Part shown: one piece after another, positions 1 to 12,600 of the stretch | Layout of the letters: every line of letters begins with the position of its first letter | How positions within the stretch are numbered: position 1 is the first letter of the stretch | Source: Parasitella parasitica NRRL 2501 | Taxonomy: Eukaryota > Fungi > Mucoromycota | DNA length: 64,000 nucleotides | Reading direction: 5' to 3' | NCBI GenBank assembly: GCA_025201805.1 | Contig: MU619314.1 | Location: forward strand, 90,176-154,175 | Made by a program: the position numbers and the translations under genes | Notes under the pieces: generated by a model | Databases searched by the model: none | Told to the model about the DNA's origin: nothing | What the model saw: the letters and a program-made list of their open reading frames with translations, nothing else

Positions 1-1189
1 TTGACCACATATCATCGTTTAGCTTTTCTAGGGGTCATGTCTACTTATAACCATGAATATATCTTATGCTCATGAGTCACTTGAATTTATCTGGGATCAC
101 CGAGCATATCTTTCCTTTAGAGAGATGTACTACACTAAAATACATATAAACAACATTCACAGCAGAGTTATTATAGTTATCCTTCTTCAACAGATTTTTT
201 AATACTACTTGGGCTTATTCAATCTTTATAAAGTTTCACAATTGAAAATATACCTTAAAGCAAATATTCATTCACTCCACCTAGTTCATCAGGCAACCCT
301 TAGAAATTATACCGTCGTAGACGTATCATCAAACCAAGCGGATTTTTAAAAGACGTCGAGGACGACGAGTTTCAAGCGTTGTTACTCCTGTTTGTATAGT
401 AGTGCTGGCATATATGAACAACATGGGAGTATTTTCAACATCGACCATTTCAAAATGTGGCATTAAGCTATGTGATGGGATTCAAAAATAGAGCATGCAT
501 ATTGCTAGGATTGAAAATTATCAGGTTTAATGTGGCAGAGTCGCAAAAAGCCATTGTACTGCTTGACCATCTCTAACTACACCTTAGTCTTACGAGACAT
601 GGCAAGAAAATCGCCAATAATTGCCATTATTACTTAAACACCAGATACTGAGTACGCCAAAATTGCTACTATCTCCTCCGTATTTTTTTTAGCGGAAATG
701 CAACATGCCTTTCCAAAATAATCAATAAAAATCACTGATTTTTGGTACTAATAATTTTTCATTAGTGATTGCAACAAGTCGGTCACTGTTGAAACGTGTA
801 TGGCTGGCTATACTGGCGATAATTCCAAATGGTTCAGTACAGATTTTGCTGGTGTTTGTGCCTGGTAGAATGTTCAATGATAACATTTGTGCGAATAGCA
901 CCACAAACCCCATTCATTCAGAAAATGATTCTTTGCAAATGTAATAATCAAAACTAATAATGCCTGACACAAATTACTGACTGGCAACCTTTTACACATT
1001 AACAAAAGCATAGATCAAATTAGAACTAAGGCCTCGAGAAAAAATCATTTTAATATTACAAATTATGCTTTTATAGTACATTAGCTTTGAACCGTTAGTC
1101 TTTATTATTGCCATCATATGATTTTGTACGTATGTTGGCACATTGTGAACATTGTTCAAGTTCAGTTAATGCAAATACAGTTCATAGAT

Positions 1190-1720
1190 TTGATTGAAAG
1201 ATAAAGATAATACTTCTAAGTAAACATGTATATCACCCATTATCTCAATTGATATGAAATTCTCAATTAATATATTATCTATCAGTATATATAGTGGTTG
1301 TGTTTGTTACCATTTTTGGCTACAAACAAAAGTAAGCATGTCCTGTCTGATAAGGCACTCATAAAACGCATTACTTTTGGTGTAACATGTTTTGACTTTT
1401 TAGGTGCAAAGATAGGGTATCTGCTAGTTTTTATTTCTTTTCAAGCCATAGAGATAAACGTAAAGAATGATTTAAATTCTAATTCTACAATAAAAATTAC
1501 CTGAATTTCATATGTATACACTAATTGAGCAGGAATCTATTTGTTTAATTTCTGAGCAGTGCGAATGGATGGCACGTTTGATAGTAATTTCCCTGATTTT
1601 ATCAGCATTTTTACTTTATCAGGAATAAATGGTTCTTAATGCTGTAGATAATTTGAATCCCCCCATCCTTGCTATCATATCATATAATCCAACATTTTTT
1701 TGAAAGATAAAAGGAAATAA
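1190..1720 (+). promoter_or_regulatory. Cluster of GATA (HGATAR) motifs upstream of nitrate reductase; probable AreA/Nit2-type nitrogen regulation sites
   Basis: About a dozen HGATAR/YTATCD hexamers in about 520 bp, e.g. AGATAAAGATAA ~1199-1210, TTATCT ~1240, TGATAA ~1348, AGATAA ~1452, TTATCA ~1599 and ~1616, AGATAA ~1646 and ~1705. A rough hand estimate of chance expectation at this base composition is about 3. Confidence 0.6.
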
Positions 1721-1802
1721 CCATGTCAATCGTCTTCTCCTCGATATTTGTTTCGTCTATCTCGTTCTTCAAACAAAACCTTGTTATAGTATTAAAGTAT
1801 AA

Positions 1803-4571
1803 ATGGCACCCAATGTTGAACTATTACAGCAGAAACAGAACGCTGATCTTTATCATCCCCCAACTGGATTGATTGATGCAAGAGATGTAGGAACTCCAGA
1901 CGCACATGTATCGAGAGACTCGAATATCACTAGATTAACCGGGAAACATCCACTCAATGCTGGTATATATGCTGCAGAAGTTTGATCATTTCAGCTCTGA
2001 CCTTAGCACCTGTGTAATGTATAGAAACTCCAATTCCGCTGCTTATGGACCACGGTTTTATTACACCCAACAGGTTACACATTGTAAGGAATCATGGGCC
2101 TGTTCCTCAAAACCAATGGGATTCACACACCATCACCGTTGGCGGTTTTGTCAAAAAGCCAACTGTAATTACCATGGAAGACTTACTTGAACTGTCTTCT
2201 CATACTATTGCTGTCACTCTCTGTTGTGCTGGGAATAGACGTAAAGAACAAAACATGATTAGACCAAGCATCGGCTTCTCTTGGGGCCCTGGAGGTGCGA
2301 TACTAGTTTGAATAGTGTGATATGTCTAGTATGTTAAATATACTCTTATCCCAATGTAAAGGCGTAGGGACTGCATATTATACTGGTGTATTCCTTCGAG
2401 ATGTTATCAATACATTTGCTGGTGGATTAGAGCCCGAGGCTCTTCATATCTGTATGGAGGGAAATGATAAGACAGCCAAGGTGTGTAAAAACAATACAAT
2501 TTAGTATGCATACTAACCAAAGAAGAAAATGTAGGGCGGCTATGGCACTTCTATATCTGTGAAGCGGGCCATGTCTCCTGAATATGACGTTCTAATCGCC
2601 TACAAGATGAATGGAGAGCCCCTTCCTTATGATCATGGTTATCCCGTTAGATGTATTGTTCCCGGTTGCATTGGTGGCCGTAGTGTCAAATGGCTCTCCA
2701 AAATTGAAGCTTCTACCAATGTATCTCAAAATCCATTTCAAAATGCTGATAACAAGGTATTTCCCCCTACTGTCTTGTCTGCAGACCAAGCAACAGCAGA
2801 AAATTGGTGGACTAATCCAGACTACTCTGTCTATGATTTAAATGTAAACGGCGTTATTGCTGCTCCCTACCACGGTACCAGAATTGCTCTGGACAGTCTT
2901 GACAAGAAAATCACATTAAACGGATTTGCGTACGGTGGGAGCAATAGTAAAATTATTCGCTGCGAAATCACTTTAGATGACGGTAAAACCTGGCGACTTG
3001 CTGAGATCAACGATCGAAAATCCGAAGGCGACCGTTATGCCACTGAGCATTACGGCTATGATCGAAGCAAACTGCCCGAATCTTATAATCAAACACGTTA
3101 CTGGACATGGATTCACTGGTCTTTGGGAATTCATGCTGTTGATTTACTCGGTGTTCAAGAAATCTGCCTTCGTTGCTGGAATGACACAAACAGCTGCATG
3201 CCAAAAGATCTAAACTGGTCCCTTATGGGGATGCTTAATAACTGCTGGTATCGTATCAAGCTGCACCTTGACCGTGAACCTGCCCTATCCTTTGTTTTCC
3301 AACATCCAACTACATTGCCTGGTGATACAACGCAACTTGGAAATGATCTCCCTGGCTGGATGGAAGAGAACCAAGCTGAGGCAACTTCATCCAAAGAAAA
3401 GGAGCCTAGAACTGGCTCCAAACATGAGGAGCTCAAGACTTTAACTTTACAACAAGTTGAAAAACACACTTCTGAGGGTGATTGCTGGTTAATCTACGAT
3501 GACTTGGTCTACGATTGTACGGCTTTTTTGCAAAAACATCCAGGAGGCTCCTCGAGCATTCTTCTTGCTGCTGGTACTGATTGCACAGAAGAATTCGATG
3601 CCATCCACTCACAGAAGGCCAAAGATATGCTTGCTGAATACCTGGTAGGAAAACTGAGTGTTCATAAGCAAAACTCTCTTCCTCCTACTCCCCTTGCTGA
3701 ATCCCAAACTGAATCTGCCACACACCCTGCAGCGCCTTCATCAAGTGTGGTAATGCCTTATTTTAACCCTCGCCAATGGAAGAAACTAGTGCTCCTAAAG
3801 AAAGAATGCATTTCTGCGACCATTAGAAAATTCACATTTGAAATTCCTGCTGACGATAATCTGCTAGACCATGTTTTGTCGCTCCCTACAGGACTACATC
3901 TTTATATCAAGCTCCCAGAAGACATCAACGATATAACTGCCAAACCCAAAATGGTGATTCGAGCATATACACCCAGCAAAGTTAATACCAGAACTATTGA
4001 ATTTGTTATCAAGATCTATTTTCCTTTCAATAGTGTCCCAGGAGGCAAACTGACCACGACACTGGATCAAATCCGTATCGGTGAATCTGTGGATTTCAAG
4101 GGACCCATTGGCGAAATTGAATATCTTGGAAATGGAGATTTCAGTATCAATAACAAGCTTTATCATGGCATTGAACAAATTGGTATGATTGCCGGTGGTA
4201 CTGGAATTACACCCATGTGGCAATTGATACAAGCATCTGTCAAAGATGTGAAACGGCCCTACATCTCACTTATTTACTGTGCTCAGTCCATAGATGAAAT
4301 CATATTCTATCAAGAACTGAAGCAACTGGAAGGCGATCAACTACGAGTAAGACTTGTTCTTTCAAAAGTACCGGATGATGGCTCCTGGGCTGGTGGCTCT
4401 GGGCGTCTCCAAATGGAAGAACTGCAAGCAAATTTGTTTCCATTTCCTGCTAGCATATCAAGACTAACCTTCTTGTGTGGCCCTGAGCCCATGATTAGAC
4501 TTTGCTGTTTGCCTCTGCTGAAAGAAGCTTACGGCCAAGACTTTTGTGCAAACAACGTATTTACGTTTTAA
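1803..4571 (+). CDS. niaD: Assimilatory NAD(P)H nitrate reductase (Moco + dimerisation + cytochrome b5 + FAD/NAD(P)H domains), 4 exons
   Basis: Motifs RLTGKHPLNAE, VRNHGPVP, LCCAGNRRKEQN (Moco Cys), DHGYPVR..PG.IGGRSVKWL, MGMLNNCWY, b5 HPGG...FDAIHS, RAYTP, GMIAGGTGITPM, CGPEPM. GT-AG introns at 1963-2024, 2295-2361 and 2481-2534 restore one frame. Confidence 0.96.
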
Positions 4572-4609
4572 TACCAGTGAATCACACCCAACTTTTTTTT
4601 TTTTGGATT

Positions 4610-4790
4610 GTTTGTTATCGTATATGGTAATTTGGTGTCACAGACAATAAGGTTATCTCGGTATCTTTCGCTTTTCTCCAGGAAATGAGTTTATCAGCTA
4701 TCTTTTTCGTTAATTCATGATAAAAAAAATGTGGCATAAAATGCATAAATAAATATGATTGTATCACGCAAGATAAGTTTGGTTATCTTT
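4610..4790 (+). promoter_or_regulatory. GATA motif cluster in the NR-NiR intergenic region (nitrite reductase promoter)
   Basis: Seven HGATAR-type hexamers in about 175 bp: TTATCG ~4615, TTATCT ~4653, TTATCA ~4691, CTATCT ~4698, TGATAA ~4718, AGATAA ~4771, TTATCT ~4783. Confidence 0.65.
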
Positions 4791-4957
4791 GACAAACAAA
4801 TCTATACAAATGTCAGGCAGGGACAACAAATGCTAAATTACGCTACCGATATCAAAGACAACGAGAAATCACACCACATTTTCGGCTTATAAATTGACGC
4901 TGATCCACCTCTACCCTTTCCCGCATTACTTTCTTTCTATTTCTTCTAAATATAATC

Positions 4958-7900
4958 ATGCCTCCAAACACAATTGAAACATCACCCTCCTCTGCAGCCC
5001 AAAAAACCATTGTTATTGTGGGTCTGGGCATGGCTGCTGTTGCATTCATGGAGAAAATGATTGCTTACGATGCCGAAAAGGAGTTTCGCCTCAAAGTGTT
5101 TGGCGATGAGCCTGAATGTAAGTTTTTTTCTTTCCATGTTCAGTAAAAATTCAATTACAAAAGCTAAAACGTTCAATAGTGGCATACAATCGTGTAGGCT
5201 TAACTCAGTACTTTACACATCAAGACCCTGAAAAGCAGCTGATGAAGCCCGAATCATGGTACCAAGAAAACCAGATTGAAGTACACATTGGTGATTTAGT
5301 TGAAGAAATAGACACTAAAAACAAAATGGTCAGAGCAAGACATGCTTCGTGGGTTTCTTACGATATTTGTGTCATTGCTACTGGCTCTTCTGCTGCTGTG
5401 CCTCCTAATGCTCCCAGTGACATGGACGGTGTATTTTGCTACCGTACCATTGAAGACCTTGACAACATCATCGATTGGGCCTCCAAGGAAGATGTTAAAA
5501 CGGCTACTATCGTCGGTGGTGGTTTGTTAGGCCTCGAAGCTGCCAAGGCCGCTCTGGATTTGGACCTGAAAGTCTCAATTTTCGAAAGAGCCGATCGTCT
5601 GATGTGTCGACAATTGGATCAAGATGCCTCTGATCTTTTGGAGTCGCAAATCAATAAACTAGGTATTATTACAAACGTTGGCTATTGTCCTGATCAAGTC
5701 GTTGGTGGTGCTGTGGACCCTGACACAAATAGAGCTCGCATTCAGGGTCTCAAAATGAGTACCGATCCCAGCGAAGATAGCTTTGTCTCTACTGATATGC
5801 TGATATATTCCATTGGTATCAGACCCCGTGATCAGCTCTGTGCTGCCTCTAAAGGGACCCTTTGCTTGGGTCCCCGTGGTGGTATTCAAGTCGATGAGCG
5901 CATGGCTACTTCTGCGCCCGACATATACGCTATTGGTGAATGCGCTGCGTTTAATGGCATGTGCTATGGCCTAGTTGCTCCTTGCAATGATATGGCCAAA
6001 ATTGTTGCTAAAAACCTAACTGGACAAAAAACTAACAATACGGCTGTCTTCAAGGGCAATGACATGTCCACGAAACTGAAACTGATGGGCGTTTATGTTG
6101 CTAGCTTTGGTAACGTCTTTCCGGAAGAGTCACTCAACACACGGTCTCTCACCTATCGAGATCCTTTCAAGAGCGTTTACAAAAAGTATATTTTCACTCA
6201 AGATGGCAAGAAACTTCTGGGCGGCATTATGGTGGGAGATACCAACGATTATGTTAAACTTTTGGCGTATGCACGCAGTGGTAAAACATTAGATCGTGAA
6301 CCTTCTGAACTCATCTTGGGAGTCCAAAATGGTGAAGCTGAAGGTGCAGACTCTCTCCCTGATGATACACAGATTTGCTCTTGCTTTAATATTGCCAAGG
6401 GTGACATTCGAAAGGCTATTCGTGAAGAAGGCCTTACTACTGTCGACCAAGTAAAGGCTTTTACCAAGGCTGGTACTGGATGCGGTGGCTGTGTTCCCTC
6501 TATTACCGAAATCTTTGAAGCTGAAATGAAGGCACTGGGCAAAACTATTACCAATACTGTGTGTCGTGATTTCAACTACTCTCGTGCCGAATTGTTTACT
6601 ATTGTCAAGGTCAAAGGCCTACGTTCCTATGGTGACATTGTTGAGCACTGTGCTATTGATAAGAATACTCTGGGATGTGAAGTTTGTAAGCCCACATGTG
6701 CCTCTATTCTTGCTTCCATTTACAATGAAAACGTTTTGGATGCTGGCCGTGGTGCTCTTCAAGAAACAAACGATCGCTATTTGGCTAATATTCAACGTGG
6801 TGGCCTCTATAGTGTTGTTCCTCGCATTGCAGCTGGTGAAATTACTCCTGACAACCTTGCTCTTATTGCGAAAGTTGCGAAACAATACAACTTGTATACC
6901 AAAATCACAGGTGCTCAACGCATTGATATCTTTGGTGCTCGCAAAGAAGATCTTCCAGACATTTGGGAAGTCTTTGTTGATGCCGGCATGGAAAGGTAAG
7001 TTTGCAATATGATCACTAATCTCTTCAGTCCATAATACTTACATAATATAGTGGCCAAGCTTACGGTAAGGCACTGCGTGCTGTCAAATCTTGTGTTGGT
7101 TCAACGTGGTGCCGTTTTGGCCAGCAAGACTCTGTAGGCTGTGCTATCAAGCTTGAAAATCGCTACAAGGGCATTCGCTCTCCTCATAAATTAAAAGGTG
7201 GTGTATCCGGTTGCATACGCGAATGTTCTGAAGCTCAAGGCAAAGATTTTGGTCTTATTGCTACTGAGCAAGGCTACAATGTATACGTTGGTGGTAATGG
7301 TGGTACCAAGCCTCGCCATGCTGACCTTTTGATCTCTAGTGTCTCTGAAAAAGATGCTTTCAAGTATATTGACAGATTCCTTATGTATTACATTAGAACA
7401 GCCGACAAGCTGCAGCGTACTGCTCGTTGGATAGAAAAACTTCCTGGTGGTATTGATTACCTACGTAAAGTAATCATCGATGACTATCTTGGAATTTGTG
7501 AAGAGCTTGATAAGCAAATGGGGCAATTGGTCGATACTTATGAAGACGAGTGGGCCCGCATTGTCAAGACTCCTGTCCTAAGAAAACGTTTCGAGGAATT
7601 TGTCAATGCCGATAACAATGGCGCAAAAGAGCCCATGATTGAGATGATCGAAGAAAGAGGCCAATTAAGACCAGTCAACTGGCCAAAACACGTCGATGCC
7701 ATGCCTTCTCTTGAGGAACAAGTCAAAACCAAATCCGCCACTCTAGACTGGGTACATGTTGGTTCTACTAATCTGTATCCCCAAGACGAAGGACGCGTTG
7801 TAAAAATGGGTAATGTTCAAATTTCAGTATTTCAGACTTCAAAGGGTGTTTTCTATGCCACTCAAAATATGTGTCCTGTAAAGAGAGATCTTGTTTTGTC

Positions 7901-8240
7901 GTCTGGTATTATCGGTGAGTTGAAAACGACCACTGATAATGGCCAAGAAAATGTCTCTGTCTATGTGTCTTGCCCTATCCATAAAAAAAACTTTGATCTC
8001 AAGACCGGTAAATGCTTGAACGGTGATGCCCATTCAATCAGCACATTTAATGTCAAGGTGAAAAACACCCAAGTTTATTTACTACTGCCATCAATCAACA
8101 TATTGAATGATGTCCTCAGTACTGAAAAGTACATTATCAAAAAATCTATGGCTCAATCAACACCTATTATTACATCTACTATGGTTAATAAGCTGACAAC
8201 ATTTACTAATGATGGAGGAAAAGATTCGATGGATTGGTAG
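4958..8240 (+). CDS. niiA: Assimilatory NAD(P)H nitrite reductase (NirB-like FAD, BFD [2Fe-2S], siroheme/[4Fe-4S] plus C-terminal NirD-like Rieske domain), 3 exons
   Basis: IVIVGLGMAA, YNRVGLT, VGGGLLGLEAA, ICSCFN...GTGCGGC, GCEVCKP, ANIQRGGLYSVVPR, KSCVGSTWCRFG...GCIREC, Rieske-like NMCP...SCPIHKKNF. Introns at 5118-5179 and 6996-7051. Confidence 0.96.
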
Positions 8241-9634
8241 TTGTGCATTTTTATGTGTTCTCTAATGCAATGATTGATTATCAAACACCCGTATATAGAT
8301 TAGAGTCGCTTCATTACTTTCTAATATTAATTTCTGACAATAAAATCATATAAATTTAACGCTATGTAGAGCATGTATAAACGCTGCATTGACATACCTT
8401 AAAAATACTGTAAGAAATAGATCCTGAGAGCCTGGAAATAATAACAAAAGATCAAACCCTGACAAAAGTAATTAGCAAAGGCTAAAAAGCCTAGCTTTCG
8501 TATATATCACTTTCATTTGGCGGTGCTCAAAAGGAAGAAGATATCATAATAGCTACAATGCAATCTAAATTTACTCTACAGATTGGTACAGGCATCATTG
8601 TAATGAAGAATTTGATATACTTTGCCATGATAAGGATAATAAGGTTTGAATATTTATGGAGGCAAACGCTAGCTGCGACATGTTTAGAAATGAATGCACT
8701 AAAGTGCATTGTTATATTGAAGAAGAAAGAATATATGTAATAGCGCTATGTCAGCGCCGATTTTACAATTCTTTTAGCAGAAAGTTATCACCACAATCTG
8801 TTATTTAATCTTTTTGAACATAATTTTTGATAGACACATCGCCCAGTAGAAACAATTAGCATATGAAGATAATGCCTTCATTCAAATAATGTTATTAGAG
8901 TACTACTGCTTGTATTATGCTTTAACTTTAATTAGGTTTATACTTACATTTCGAAAATATCATGCTAATTTCTATAAATTTATGCCCGTTAAAAAAATAT
9001 TATGCTAATAACAATAATGACATATAAAACCAAGGATAAAGTGCTTTGTTTAGTTTTTTCAATTCCTGTTTTTCGAGAAGTCGACGTTAAGCCAAGCACA
9101 TACCATTTTTAGAAACTACAGAAAATTACAAGTAAAATATGTGCGTATGAAGCAAAGCACGAAATAAATGATCATTTATTTTTTATTTTAAACAAAAGCT
9201 CTTTGGCATAAAATTCAAGACGTTATTTTATATGTTGAAGCAAGTATAAAAATGCTGCGATATACAACAATTTATTATGTAGCGAATACTTGAAATAACT
9301 TTAGTCTATCAGTATTTGTCAGGTCTTATGGGTATGTCAGGATGTTCATTCATTAAAAATCGACCCTGCAAGTTAATGATCGATAAAACTGCAAGACTGA
9401 GATAACTCATATTTTCACTTATTTACAATAAGCATAAACGTGCTAATCAGAAATGAATTTCTATTATCAACGCAAAAGCTGTTCAACAACGAAAACGTAT
9501 TACAAGCAGGATCTCTTCTCAAGATGTGGACAAACGTTGTCATCTGAACTTCAATGAAAGATCCAATTCGAAACGCCATACTTTTTTATTTCTTTTTCTT
9601 TTCTTCCCCTTTGTCTTGAAACACAACACTAAAG

Positions 9635-12600
9635 ATGGTCTTCAACATGATCAGCTTTAGGTCTGTCAGTATTCTATTATTTTTGATATTTACTACTACA
9701 TACTCAACATTTGGATGGAATAAAAACTACTTTATCTTGGCCATTTCACTTCCCGTGGCTAGTCTTTGTTCACTGTTGATATTAAACACTGCAGTATTAT
9801 ACATCTACATTAAATACTTCGTTTCCCCACAAGTACACAAGCGAAAGCTTGATAATAACTTTAAATCATTACGAATAACACATAAAAACATATGGCCGCA
9901 AATCACTAAAATGCGGCAACAAGAGAATACATGCAACGGTAAACCAATAGCAGATGATGAAGACATAAATAATGCATTCAACACCCTCTTAAGATACGTA
10001 ATACGAGACTTTATTCAATCTTGGTATGTTAAAATCACAAATTCGCCAACGGAACAGTCTTTCCCCTTTGCTGTTGATGGCATTATACGCTCTGCAGCCG
10101 CCAAACTATCGCAGCGATTAGAGCAAACGGATCTATTACTCGTCATCCTCAACAAGATAATTCCTCGTATGACATCTCACATTTCCGAGTTCCGAGCAGC
10201 AGAGGTTTCTTTGCTTGGTAAATCCTTGGAACGCTCTGTGACCCAGTCAGACGAATTGGATTTACTATTGGCTTCACGGTTTAGATCGGGTAAGCTTCAC
10301 AAGGCCTTGACAACAGCTGCAATGACAACAAAGCCAACTGAAATTGCCTATCTACGCCATATGATCGAACGTGTGTTACCGTACATGATTGACCACAAGG
10401 AATTACAAAGCGGACCTGTGAGAGTAGTTATTCGAGAAATTGTCTCCAATTCAGTTTTGCAACCGGTAATGGACATGCTGGCAGATCCTGATTTCTGGAA
10501 TCAAAATATTGATGCTTATGTAAGTTTACAAATAACCCCTCGTCTCCTCTCAGAGCGCTAAAAATCAACGTGAAAGAATATAGTTAGGAAAGGCAATTAT
10601 TGAGCAGAAAATGGTGCGCCAATTGCGCGAGGTGATTCGTCAACATTCAACTCATAACGATATGGACACCGAAGATGTTATGAATGTGTTGTATACTGCA
10701 GACAGACCGGAAAAGAAGAGAAAGAAAAAATCGGGAGAAAAGAGAAAAATAGGGCCACAATCACAGCTCTTGTCAGCTTTCATGAGGACAGGTGTTTCTA
10801 CAAATGACTGGAACAAAGACAATGATTATAACGACCATTTCCAGAAAGAAGATGATGATGAAGAAGAAAACGACGACGAGGAAGCTGAAGAAGATGAATA
10901 TGGAGAGCAAGGAGTGATGTATGACGATTATTCTAGTAATCGAGATGGCTTTATATCTTCGAGCAATCGAATTTTCAAAGCTGCGTACGATCCTAGTTCC
11001 CCTACAAAGCTGTTGAAGAAAAAACAATACGGTATCGGCAGTATAAAGATGGGGAAACGCACTTTCCAAGACTTTCTCAAAATGATTCAAGAAGAAAAGA
11101 ATCTGCTAGATTTGAAGCGGGTTAGGAATGACATTGTAACTCAAATTCGAAAAAAGAAAGCTCATATTGGTATTTGCATATCACCGTTTGGTTGTGTTAG
11201 GCAAACTGACATTTTGTATAGCCGATCGAGATCCTGAAGAAATTGTAGATGGTGAAAAAGTCCAAGACATTATCGTATACCTGAATCGCCTTGGAGTCGC
11301 CAAAAAACGAGTGGATAAGCGTATATCTACATTATCTGGAGAACAATTTGACTTTGTAAAATGTTTGGCCATTACTTTCTCCTTATACTGTATTAACGTT
11401 CTGTCAATTGTAGAGGAAATCAACTTCGCAGTTATTCAATTATCGAAAACAGAGCATGAGCCATATCAATGGAGTTGGATATAGTTTAAGCGAGATTTTG
11501 ATAAATACGTCTGGCTTGTCGTATTTTATGGAATTTATGGATCGTAGAGGAGACATGGTTAAACTTCAATTTTGGCTCATAGTAGAAGGATTCAAAAGCA
11601 CAGCCATCACAAACAACGAAGAAAGAAAGACGTTTTTACAGGATGTGAAAATGGTTTATGAAATGTATTTCACAGAAACTGCGCCTCATAGACTTCATAT
11701 TGCCGAACAATTCAACAAGGATTTGAAGAATGCGATTGATCTATCAATCGAGAAAGAGAAGGAAGACCAAGAATCATTTGCAGCACAAATTCGCGAGCTG
11801 AATGTACGCTTAAACCGTATCCAGCAACATGTGTTTTGGGAAATTGAGAAAGAGCACTATCCTTACTTCAAGAGATCAGATTTATATTTCAAATTCTTGG
11901 CCTCAGCGCCACCTATACAAAATACTGCAATCCCAGAAGAAGCGCCTGGTAGAAGGAGTTTTGATGAAAGCGCTTTATACACATCGAATATCAATCAATC
12001 TATTCACAGCAACAGACCTGCGTCAATCCATGAATCATCATCATCAACTTCCATTCCTGTAATTCCAACCCCAACGATATCTACGCCTTTGAAGGAGTCG
12101 TTTTCTTATTTCAGCTCAGAAACGGCCAAAGCCCCAGAGTTTAGCGGTAGAGCAAGAGGCCATCAGCGTGCAATGTCTGATTCTACGAAATCTTCTCGGT
12201 TTTTGTCCTTTTCCAATATGTTTCAGTCAAATCGTCTCTGGAGTAATAATGACACAGCTAGCAATCTTGGTAAATCAGTAAAGGCACCGGAGGAAACCGA
12301 GGAAACCGAGGAAGAGGAGGAAGAGGAGGAAGAAGAAGACGATCAATCTTTAAAGGGCTCTAATATGGCGAGACTTGTTAAAAGTAACACAGTAGATGCA
12401 GTAGAAGCAGAACTTCGTTCAATATTGGATGGGAGTAATAACATGGATGATTTGGTCATGACAGGAGGTGAAACAACTCAAACACCATCGCCACCACCAT
12501 CACCGCCAGCAGCTAAAAAACCAGTATCATTACCGTTAAATGTATTAGATAATACTTCACCATCACTGGCGCCGCCTGTTGTAATGAAATCTTTATCCGC

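Noticed and set aside
1-1000. Possible nitrate transporter or transposon remnant left of the nitrate reductase
   Set aside because: Only short stop-interrupted frames, with no MFS/NRT2 motifs or recognisable transposase/RT motifs.
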